Shown here in pieces: positions 56,312 through 64,000 of a stretch of DNA of 64,000 bases. The position numbers were made by a program, and so were the translations under genes. The number at the start of each line of letters is the position of its first letter. Within the stretch, counting starts at the first letter, position 1. The notes under the pieces are model-generated. The model saw only the letters and a list, made by a program, of their open reading frames with translations, was not told the DNA's origin and did no database searches. The stretch spans positions 6,089 to 70,088 of IMG/VR virus record IMGVR_UViG_3300042366_000810. One strand, 5' to 3'. This stretch comes from a virus. Lineage: Duplodnaviria; Caudoviricetes.

Positions 56312-58073
56312 TTTTCTTGAAGCATTACAGGATAATCCTTTTGAAGAAAATCCTGTAGATACAAAAACATTTGTTGAATCAGCAGACTATTTAGGTCAGC
56401 CTGGCTTGTCAGAAATACAGTATGACATTGTTGAGGCTATGAGCCAGGTATATAAAAAAGAAGATTTACAAAGATTAATGGGAGAACAAGAAGGAGCAAG
56501 ATATTATGAAAAATACACGAAAAACGAAATCATCTTACAGTTGGGCAAAGGCTCTGGTAAAGATTTCACCTCTACTGTTGCTTGTGCTTATATTGTATAT
56601 AAGTTATTATGTCTCAAAGACCCTGCAAGATATTTCGGAAAACCAAGTGGAGATGCAATAGATTTAATTAACGTTGCTATTAACGCACAACAAGCAAAAA
56701 ATGTTTTCTTTAAAGGATTTAAAACTAAAATCGAAAAATCCCCTTGGTTTGCTGGTAAGTATAATGCAAAAGTAGATTCTATTGAGTTTGATAAATCTAT
56801 TACTGTTTACTCAGGACATTCAGAAAGAGAGTCTCATGAGGGTTTAAATATTATGTTGGCAGTATTAGATGAGATATCTGGTTTTGCAACAGAAGTAGGT
56901 ACTGGAAATGATCAAGGAAAAACTGCAGATAATATTTATAAAGCATTTCGTGGAACAGTTGATTCTCGTTTTCCAGATTTAGGTAAAGTTGTTTTATTGT
57001 CATTTCCACGTTTTCCAGGAGATTTTATTTCACAACACTATGAAGATGTTATTGCTGATAAAGAAGTTATATCTAAAAAACATACCTTTGTTATCAATCC
57101 TCTATTAGATAGTGAAGACAAAGATAATCAATTTAGTATTGAGTGGGATGAAGACCATATTAAATCTTATAAATATCCAGGAGTGTTTGCTTTAAAACGT
57201 TGTACTTGGGATGTAAATCCTACTAGAAAAATTGATGATTTTAAGGTTGCTTTTATGAATGATCTTGGCGATGCAATGATGCGATTTGCTTGTGTTCCAA
57301 CCTTTTCTTCTGACGCCTTTTTTAAACAATCAGAAAAAGTTAGATCATGCATGACATTAAGAAATCCAATAGATCAATTTAAAAGATTTGATGAATCATT
57401 TAAACCAGATCCAGAAAAAATTTATTTTGTTCACGCAGACTTGGCTCAAAAACATGACAAATGTGCAGTTGCTATTGCTCATGTTGATAAGTGGGTAAAT
57501 GTACAAGTAATTAAAGATTATGAGCAAATATCTCCAGTTGTTGTTGTAGACGCAGTTGCTTGGTGGGAACCAAAAGTAGAAGGTCCAGTAAACCTATCTG
57601 AAGTAAAACAATGGATTCAAAATTTAAGAAGAGTTGGTTTTAATATAGGTTTAGTTTCTTTTGATAGATGGCAATCATTTGATATTCAAAATGAGTTGCA
57701 GGCTGTTGGAATAAAAACAGAAACAGTTTCAGTAGCAAAAAAACATTATGAAGATATGGCTATGCTTGTCTATGAAGAGAGGCTAGCAATGCCAGCGGTA
57801 GAGTTATTGTTTGAAGAATTAACAGAATTAAAAATTATGAAAAATGATAGAGTTGACCATCCACGAAAAAAATCTAAAGACTTAGCAGATGCCGTGTGTG
57901 GTGCAGTTTTTGGGGCAATATCACATACTCCAAAAGACAAAAACCTTGAAGTTGAGGTTCATACCTTTAGAGATAGACCTAAAGATTTTGACAAACTTCC
58001 TGACAACGTGATACAATATAAACCTATCCCAGATGATGTAAAAGATTATCTAGATAGATTTAATCTAATATAA
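56292..58073 (+). CDS. terL: Terminase large subunit
   Basis: GKGSGKD (Walker A), AVLDE (Walker B), LLSFPR, HADLA..D..A, SFDRWQS, DHP...SKDLADA nuclease motifs. Confidence 0.9.
   Translation: MSTMFNDFLEALQDNPFEENPVDTKTFVESADYLGQPGLSEIQYDIVEAMSQVYKKEDLQRLMGEQEGARYYEKYTKNEIILQLGKGSGKDFTSTVACAYIVYKLLCLKDPARYFGKPSGDAIDLINVAINAQQAKNVFFKGFKTKIEKSPWFAGKYNAKVDSIEFDKSITVYSGHSERESHEGLNIMLAVLDEISGFATEVGTGNDQGKTADNIYKAFRGTVDSRFPDLGKVVLLSFPRFPGDFISQHYEDVIADKEVISKKHTFVINPLLDSEDKDNQFSIEWDEDHIKSYKYPGVFALKRCTWDVNPTRKIDDFKVAFMNDLGDAMMRFACVPTFSSDAFFKQSEKVRSCMTLRNPIDQFKRFDESFKPDPEKIYFVHADLAQKHDKCAVAIAHVDKWVNVQVIKDYEQISPVVVVDAVAWWEPKVEGPVNLSEVKQWIQNLRRVGFNIGLVSFDRWQSFDIQNELQAVGIKTETVSVAKKHYEDMAMLVYEERLAMPAVELLFEELTELKIMKNDRVDHPRKKSKDLADAVCGAVFGAISHTPKDKNLEVEVHTFRDRPKDFDKLPDNVIQYKPIPDDVKDYLDRFNLI
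57988..58017 (+). promoter_or_regulatory. Promoter TTGACA-N18-TACAAT for the exported protein at 58091
   Basis: Lies inside the 3' end of terL; extended -10 TG present. Confidence 0.6.
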
Positions 58074-58090
58074 AAGAAAATAGGAGAAAA

Positions 58091-59710
58091 ATGAATTCAT
58101 TAAAGAAAATCGCACTTGTTACCGCTGCAGCGATGGCAAGCACATTCTTTGTTGCAATTCCACAGGCTTCTGCAGCAATTAGTGGCGGATACGAACTATC
58201 TGCTTCTCTTGCTAATGGTGCTCGTGGTGTAACAGTATTATCATCTGATGCTGACAAAGCAGAGGCTGGTGTTAATTCAGTTATTGCATTAACAACATCT
58301 GATACTCTTGCTTCAACAGCAGATGATTATGTATCGTTAGAGATTGCTGGACCTGCTATCTTTGGTGCTTATACAGCAGCAAGTAGCAATGCAGCAACAC
58401 TAGCACTTACCAATCTTGGTAAGACATTTACATTTACCGCAGCAACATCAACTGCAGTAAATTTACCTTCACCAGTATTGGTTAACGTTACTGGAGCAGG
58501 TACAGTTACAATTACGCAAAAGAAAAAGGTTGGATCAACCATTTCTGTAATTGATATCAAAACAATTTATGCAGGAACAACTGCTAAGACAGATATTTTT
58601 TCTGTAGCAGACTCTTTGGGTCGTGTACAAGATGACGCAACTCAAGGAACTTTAACATCATCAGCAGATGTTGCTAACTCAACAACTGTTGTTAATGGTG
58701 GCACAGGATATGTAAATGTTTTGGCACGAGATGGTTGGGCACAAACTATGGCAACAAACGGCGTATTGCAAGCAAATGCAACTAACGGCGCAATTGTTGC
58801 ATGGGATGCAGCCCCATCAGTTCAGGCTTCATTTGCTGTAAAGACAGGAACTGGTGGAGTTCTTCAAATTAAGCAGGGTACTGCTAATGAAAACAAGCCA
58901 GTAACTACAACCATTACAGTTTCATATAATGGAGTTACTTTTGCTACAAAGACAATTACTTTCACAGGTCGTGCAGCATCAATTGCCGTAACAGGTGTTG
59001 ACATTGCACAAGCAGGTGGAGCACGTACAGGAACCTATGACTTTGTTGTTAAAGATTCTGCTGGTAATCAGTTATCTGGAATTACTCCAACTGCTGATAC
59101 AACCAAGTACACATCACAAGTTACAGCAGTTTCAGTTGGTGGAGCATCTTCATCTACTGCAGTTGCAACTGGTGGCTGGACATGTGCTTCAACTTCAGGA
59201 TCTGCAACTGTACGTTTACAATACACACACACAGATGCAACAGTAATCTACTCAAATGATTTTGTTGCAGCATGTGCTAGTGGTGTAAATAAGTACACAG
59301 CAACCCTTGACAAGAAAGAATATAAAGCAGGAGAAATTGCAACCCTAACAATTTCAGCAACAGATGTAAATGGTGCTAAGGTTCACGGTGGAGCAACTCT
59401 CGGTGCTGGCGTAGCAATTTCAGGTGGTCAATTAACACCAGTTACTGCACCAACATCTTCAGATGTATTTGATACAGCAGGAACAAGAGCAATTAAGTTT
59501 ACTGTTGGAAATACAACTGGTTCCTTTAACATGATCGTAGATCTTCCAGCATACGTATCGACAGATTCTGCAAAGACTGTTGCATACTCAATTGTTGATG
59601 CATCTGGATCTGTTACAAATGCTGAAATTTTAAAGTCAATCGTTGCACTTATTGCAACAATTAACAAACAAATTGCAGCATTACAGAAGTTAATTCTTTC
59701 AAGAAGATAA
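58091..59710 (+). CDS. Exported S-layer-like / Ig-repeat surface protein
   Basis: Sec signal MNSLKKIALVTAAAMASTFFVAIPQASA; Ala/Thr/Gly/Ser-rich beta body; C-terminal amphipathic coil ILKSIVALIATINKQIAALQKLIL. Confidence 0.7.
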   Translation: MNSLKKIALVTAAAMASTFFVAIPQASAAISGGYELSASLANGARGVTVLSSDADKAEAGVNSVIALTTSDTLASTADDYVSLEIAGPAIFGAYTAASSNAATLALTNLGKTFTFTAATSTAVNLPSPVLVNVTGAGTVTITQKKKVGSTISVIDIKTIYAGTTAKTDIFSVADSLGRVQDDATQGTLTSSADVANSTTVVNGGTGYVNVLARDGWAQTMATNGVLQANATNGAIVAWDAAPSVQASFAVKTGTGGVLQIKQGTANENKPVTTTITVSYNGVTFATKTITFTGRAASIAVTGVDIAQAGGARTGTYDFVVKDSAGNQLSGITPTADTTKYTSQVTAVSVGGASSSTAVATGGWTCASTSGSATVRLQYTHTDATVIYSNDFVAACASGVNKYTATLDKKEYKAGEIATLTISATDVNGAKVHGGATLGAGVAISGGQLTPVTAPTSSDVFDTAGTRAIKFTVGNTTGSFNMIVDLPAYVSTDSAKTVAYSIVDASGSVTNAEILKSIVALIATINKQIAALQKLILSRR

Positions 59711-59725
59711 TTTCTTTTTAAAATT

Positions 59726-59757
59726 AGAGGGTAGATTAATTTCTACCCTCTTTTTTT
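59726..59757 (+). terminator. Intrinsic terminator
   Basis: agagggtaga-ttaatt-tctaccctct followed by a T-tract. Confidence 0.85.
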
Positions 59758-59795
59758 ATTTAATAATTAAATAAAAATGTTATAATAGTCCTATA

Positions 59796-62306
59796 ATGAA
59801 GAGAGGATCATTTAAAAAACGTTTATTTTTGTCTATTTCTGGAGCCATATTGGTTACAGTTTTATCTTTATTTATATCGTCAGATAGGGTGCATGCGACA
59901 GAAGGTAGTTCTTCAGAACAGGTAATAGTAAGTCCAGCCCAACAAGCAGTTAATACAGCCCTTTCTACGGCTAATACAGAGGTCCAGGAGGCTATTACAG
60001 CCACAAACAATGCCTTGGTAGAGGTAACACAAGCACAAACCGAATATTCCCAAGCCCAAGGTGTTACGGCAGAAGTAGCCACAAAAATATCTCTGGCTAA
60101 TACAGAAGTAAATAATGTTCAAACCGCTATTAATACTATTAGCAGTGTTGATTTATCTGTTACCCCAATAGATCAAAGTTCTCAGGTAGTTCAAGATGCA
60201 AAGGCTACAGTAACTACTGCAACTACCGCCATAAATAATATAACAACACAAATAGCAGAGGCTCAGACAGCAATATCTGAAGCCGTAGTTGCAAAAACAG
60301 AAGCGTCTACAGCACAAGCAACTGCACAAACAGAATTAACACAGGCAAACCTTGCTATTGATGCTGCTCAAACAGCAGTCAATAATTTACAAGCCACTAT
60401 TGGAACAACTGTTAACGTTTTGGCTGGAGTAGACGATGCTGGTGTTCAAATGAATCTTCCATTCGGCATGCAAATGGGAGGAACTGTTTACAACAATGTG
60501 TTTGTTGGATCAAATGCAACAATAACATTTGGAAATAATGAGGGTCATGTATATTGGGATACACCAGGAGCACCTTCTATATCTATTGCTGGCTGGGACT
60601 GGACTACTTGGAGCACAGGAACTGGAATTACATATTCAACTACTGGAACAAGCCTAGATGTTGCTTGGGACTTAAGGCCTTTCCCGCAACAAGATGCTTC
60701 TACACAAATGGTTCAAATTAGATTTAATGCTGATGTTAATCCAAATGACGGTGCATGGATGGCAAACGTAACCGCAGTTGGACCAATACCAGGCGGAGCA
60801 AGATTTAATTATAGAGAAACAACAAATGGCGCTATTACACCAATTACAGATACAAATTCTGGTACTGGATTTGCTGGACAAATAAGTCAAGGCTCCGCAT
60901 TTACTCCATATGTAGATCCAAATACTTCAACAATTCAGGCAGCAGTAGACTCAGCAAATGCAACAATTACTCAACTAAATCAAAGCCTTTCTCCAGTTGT
61001 TGCACAAAATACAACAAACACTTCTAATATAAATGCAATCAACACAACATCTTTAACCAATACCGTAAACTCAGCGGTATCAACAAAGACTTCTTTGCAA
61101 TCAACATTAAACACTAAAGCAGGTCAATTAACATCTGCCATCAATAATAACATTCCTACTCCCGCTCCAGTACTTGCGGAACCAATTATTGCTGGTACTA
61201 CTGTAACAATTACACCTGAGTTACCAGCAGGATACACAGCAAACACTTGGTTTTATCAAGTAGTAACAGATGATCCAGATGCAGAAAACCCATATGAAGG
61301 TGGAACATATAATACAGATGGTGCGCCAGAGTCTATTCAATTAACTGGTTTGACAGAGGGTGCTACTTATACTATTAGAGTTGCTAACTGGTCTGGACCT
61401 GTAAGTCAATATACTGAGACTGTTATTTCTATACCCGCACAACAAAGTTCAAATATAACTACTGGTGGAGGTTCTGCTCCTTCTTATGACCCTGTTGATA
61501 ACAACGAACAAACTCAACCAGACGAGACCACTCCAGATGAAGGGGATAGTACAGAGCCAGAGCCATCTCCTGATGAGAATAATGAATCTTCTGAAGGTGA
61601 TGAATCTCAAGATACGGATACACCTGAATCTGATGACTCTTCATCCAACGACGAACAAGATAATACTCCTGAAGAAAATGAGGGTACTGATGAAGAAGAG
61701 TCACAAGATAATGATACCCTATCAGTAGAAGAAATACAGGAAGCAGTTAGCGAATTAATTGAAGATGGAAATATAACTGCTGCAGATGCTGAAGCAGTTC
61801 TTGATGCGCTATCTGCAGATGGAGAAATTACTACTAATGAAGTAGTTAATTTATCAGAAGTTTTATCTGAAGATGGTGTACTTACTTCAGCAGAAAAAGA
61901 TTTAGTTGCAGATGCTTTAGTTGAGTCTACTGATGGTGCTCCAGTTGCAGCGTCAGACATAGCAGCAGCGGGACTTGAATATCGTGATCTTCCACCACAA
62001 ATACCAGTAGAAGTTAGAGAAGATGCTAATGGCAATCCTGTAGTTATTACAGCAGAGGTTGCTTCAGCGTTATTAACATTAGAATCACCTGCTGCATTAG
62101 CAGGAGCCATAATTGGATGCTTTAATCCAGATGAGGCTATTGAAGGTTTGACAGAAGAGCAAAAATGTGAAGTATTTAAGGCACTTGCAAATATAGGTGC
62201 TGATATGTCACCACAAGAAAGGCAAGACGCCAAGGAAGTTCTTGTAGCAGCCATTTTGGTTGGACAAGTAATTCTTGGTAGTTCAATAATAAGAATAAGG
62301 GGGTAA
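59796..62306 (+). CDS. Large exported/membrane-anchored multidomain protein (coiled coil, NIDO-like region, Fn3, acidic linker, C-terminal hydrophobic anchor)
   Basis: Signal peptide; Ala/Thr/Gln heptads; DDAG...LPF....YNNVFVGSN..ITFG; LTGLTEGATYTIRVAN; D/E-rich tract; hydrophobic C-terminus. Confidence 0.65.
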   Translation: MKRGSFKKRLFLSISGAILVTVLSLFISSDRVHATEGSSSEQVIVSPAQQAVNTALSTANTEVQEAITATNNALVEVTQAQTEYSQAQGVTAEVATKISLANTEVNNVQTAINTISSVDLSVTPIDQSSQVVQDAKATVTTATTAINNITTQIAEAQTAISEAVVAKTEASTAQATAQTELTQANLAIDAAQTAVNNLQATIGTTVNVLAGVDDAGVQMNLPFGMQMGGTVYNNVFVGSNATITFGNNEGHVYWDTPGAPSISIAGWDWTTWSTGTGITYSTTGTSLDVAWDLRPFPQQDASTQMVQIRFNADVNPNDGAWMANVTAVGPIPGGARFNYRETTNGAITPITDTNSGTGFAGQISQGSAFTPYVDPNTSTIQAAVDSANATITQLNQSLSPVVAQNTTNTSNINAINTTSLTNTVNSAVSTKTSLQSTLNTKAGQLTSAINNNIPTPAPVLAEPIIAGTTVTITPELPAGYTANTWFYQVVTDDPDAENPYEGGTYNTDGAPESIQLTGLTEGATYTIRVANWSGPVSQYTETVISIPAQQSSNITTGGGSAPSYDPVDNNEQTQPDETTPDEGDSTEPEPSPDENNESSEGDESQDTDTPESDDSSSNDEQDNTPEENEGTDEEESQDNDTLSVEEIQEAVSELIEDGNITAADAEAVLDALSADGEITTNEVVNLSEVLSEDGVLTSAEKDLVADALVESTDGAPVAASDIAAAGLEYRDLPPQIPVEVREDANGNPVVITAEVASALLTLESPAALAGAIIGCFNPDEAIEGLTEEQKCEVFKALANIGADMSPQERQDAKEVLVAAILVGQVILGSSIIRIRG

Positions 62307-62315
62307 AATAAGCAC

Positions 62316-62501
62316 ATGGCATGGATTAAGAAGAGGATAATGGCTATTTTAAGTGAAAACTTTACATTTCTTGGATTTTTCGTAGCATGGGTTGTTCTTG
62401 AAGGCAGCGCAAAAACGGTAGTCGGATATGTAACCCTAGCCTCAGTAGCCTTATGGTTTTTGACTATAGGTATTAGAGAAAAAGCAGAAAAAGAAGAATA
62501 A
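62316..62501 (+). CDS. Small two-TM membrane protein (holin candidate)
   Basis: Two hydrophobic segments and a charged C-terminus; near the endolysin. Confidence 0.5.
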   Translation: MAWIKKRIMAILSENFTFLGFFVAWVVLEGSAKTVVGYVTLASVALWFLTIGIREKAEKEE

Positions 62502-62535
62502 ATAATATTTTCTTAAAATATAGTATAATGGGGAT

Positions 62536-62721
62536 ATGAAAAAATTGACATCCCTCTTACTTTGCGGTATACTTGTAGTAGGCCTTTCAGGATGCTCAAG
62601 TCGATATAGATATGAATGTCAAGACCCAGAGAATTGGAAGGAAGCAAGGTGCAACCCACCAGCATGTGAATCATCTGGTACATGCACAAAAGACTTAGTA
62701 AGGGAAACTGAAAATGGCTAA
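62536..62721 (+). CDS. Small Cys-rich lipoprotein
   Basis: Lipobox LSGC; four further Cys; TATAAT 6 nt before ATG. Confidence 0.7.
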   Translation: MKKLTSLLLCGILVVGLSGCSSRYRYECQDPENWKEARCNPPACESSGTCTKDLVRETENG

Positions 62722-63118
62722 ACGAAGAACACAAGCAGAACTAGATGGTTTACTTAAATTTCTTTTAGGTCTTACTCTAGGATCAATATTATTTTTTACA
62801 ACAATGGGTATTTTATATGCCTTGATTTTTGTTGAACAACCATTAACTGGACAATCAGAAAACGATAAAATGTTTTTTAATGTTCTTGGTAGCGTTGCAA
62901 CATTTATTACAGGAACGCTGGCTGGTATTTTAATTGGTCAATCAGGCGCTAAAGACGTAATGGAAGCACAATTAGCAAATAAAGAAATGGATGCTAAAAA
63001 TACTCAAGCAGATAAAAAGTTAGAAGCAGAAATTGATGAAGCAAAAGCACGTAGGCTAGCAAAGCCAGATGGCGCAATGCCAGAAGAACAACCAGTAGAT
63101 ACTGATTGGGATAAATAA
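62714..63118 (+). CDS. Two-TM membrane protein with C-terminal coiled coil (holin or lysis accessory)
   Basis: Two hydrophobic helices, then EAQLANKEMDAKN..EAEIDEAKARR. Confidence 0.55.
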   Translation: MAKRRTQAELDGLLKFLLGLTLGSILFFTTMGILYALIFVEQPLTGQSENDKMFFNVLGSVATFITGTLAGILIGQSGAKDVMEAQLANKEMDAKNTQADKKLEAEIDEAKARRLAKPDGAMPEEQPVDTDWDK

Positions 63119-63119
63119 A

Positions 63120-63728
63120 ATGGCAGAGCAGGGTACAGCAGAAAGATTTGTTGAAGTAGCCAAAGGTGAAATCGGAACTATTGAAGGTCCAAAAGATAAC
63201 GAAACAAAATATGGTGCTTTTACAAAAGCAAATTTTCAACCTTGGTGTGGATCGTTTGTGATGTGGTGCGCTAACGAAGCAGGAGTCAAAGTTCCAAACA
63301 CTGTCTACACCCCAAGTGGAGCAGCAGCCTTTAAGAAAAAGAATTCATGGATTGATGGTGATGTCGCTGATCCTGAGCCAGGAGATGTTGCTTATTTTGA
63401 TTTCCCCTCAGATGGCGTTGATCGTATATCTCATGTCGGAATTGTCATTAAAGATAATGAAGATGGCACAGTTTGGTGCATTGAGGGTAACACTTCTAGT
63501 GATGCAAAAGGAAGTCAAAGAAATGGTGGAGAGGTTTGTAAAAAACTTCGTGCCTATAAGAAAAATAAGAAAAATATTATGGTTTCAATTGTAGGATTTG
63601 GTAGACCTAAGTTTGGTTCTTCGCCAAAATCATCACCATCTACTTCATCAAAATCTTCCAAAGTAGATCCAAGTATTCAGGCTGCTATTGATCTTTTAAA
63701 GTCTAAAGGCTATAAAGTTACTAAATAG
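63120..63728 (+). CDS. CHAP-domain endolysin (amidase/peptidase)
   Basis: PWCGSFVMW (Cys), PGD..YF, SHVGIV (His), IEGNT. Confidence 0.9.
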   Translation: MAEQGTAERFVEVAKGEIGTIEGPKDNETKYGAFTKANFQPWCGSFVMWCANEAGVKVPNTVYTPSGAAAFKKKNSWIDGDVADPEPGDVAYFDFPSDGVDRISHVGIVIKDNEDGTVWCIEGNTSSDAKGSQRNGGEVCKKLRAYKKNKKNIMVSIVGFGRPKFGSSPKSSPSTSSKSSKVDPSIQAAIDLLKSKGYKVTK

Positions 63729-63756
63729 TTTTATATTGCTATAGGAAGGTTATACA

Positions 63757-64000
63757 ATGACATGTATTGCTGTTGTTAAACAGGATGGCAGAATTTTTAT
63801 GGCAGGAGATCGTGGTGCTTCTGATGAAGATAATATAATGTCTATTGTTGCTCCTAAGGTTTGGAAAACAGGTCCATATCTTTTTGGTTATGCTGGAACA
63901 ATGGATGGTGAAAGAATAAGACATAACTTTAAGCCACCAATGCCAGAAGGAAATTTAGATAAATTTATGTATACTAAATTTATTAAATCTCTTAGAACAT
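63757..64000 (+). CDS. N-terminal-nucleophile (HslV/proteasome-beta-like) peptidase, truncated at window end
   Basis: MTCIAVVKQDGRIFMAGDRGAS...KV....LFGYAG: Thr2 nucleophile, AGD and GYAG motifs; RBS ggaagg. Not in the ORF track. Confidence 0.7.
   Translation, partial: MTCIAVVKQDGRIFMAGDRGASDEDNIMSIVAPKVWKTGPYLFGYAGTMDGERIRHNFKPPMPEGNLDKFMYTKFIKSLRT

Noticed and set aside
12622-58073. Inteins in NrdJ, DnaB, DnaE, RecA, portal or TerL
   Set aside because: Lengths and motif spacing are normal with no Hint or LAGLIDADG insertions; the Hint domains occur only in the separate accessory genes.
61607-62317. 236-aa antisense ORF, and the other short antisense or alternate-frame ORFs in the track
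   Set aside because: They lie wholly opposite or inside well-supported genes and have Ser/Ala/Thr mirror composition; codon-bias artefacts.
1-64000. tRNA or other ncRNA genes; stop-codon reassignment
   Set aside because: Intergenic gaps are short with no T-arm GTTCRA cloverleaf found by eye; conserved genes read full length in the standard code. A tRNAscan/Infernal run would be decisive.

Overview
The window is part of the genome of a large, AT-rich, long-tailed dsDNA phage (siphovirus-type). The host is most likely a low-GC freshwater Actinobacterium; this is inferred from many leaderless sigma-70-type promoters, actinobacterial-style exported proteins and a CHAP endolysin. All real genes but one are on the + strand. 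Gene order: Hint-domain genes; a lone antisense transglycosylase; baseplate/tail-fibre genes interrupted by a GT-GT-methyltransferase cassette; an Fn3/Phe-rich-repeat/Hint protein; three tandem Fe-oxygenase-like paralogues; a translationally coupled class II RNR / putative B12-binding protein / 54-aa peptide / PduO module; head and tail genes (portal, protease-scaffold, capsid, tube, two chaperone paralogues, 1930-aa tape measure, tail tip); replication and recombination genes (DnaB, primase, SSB, DnaE, RecA, resolvases, Cas4-like nuclease); terminase; two large exported proteins; lysis cassette; start of an Ntn-type peptidase. The best candidates for an undescribed system are (1) a phage-encoded cobalamin capture and activation module feeding the B12-dependent RNR, and (2) a family of Hint domains with altered catalytic motifs, one fused to a Phe/Gly/Thr/Pro repeat and lying next to oxygenases, with glycosyltransferases nearby, which may be a virion-protein modification system. 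No tRNA, CRISPR array, riboswitch, intein or DGR was seen. All family assignments come from motif recognition by eye, not database searches.
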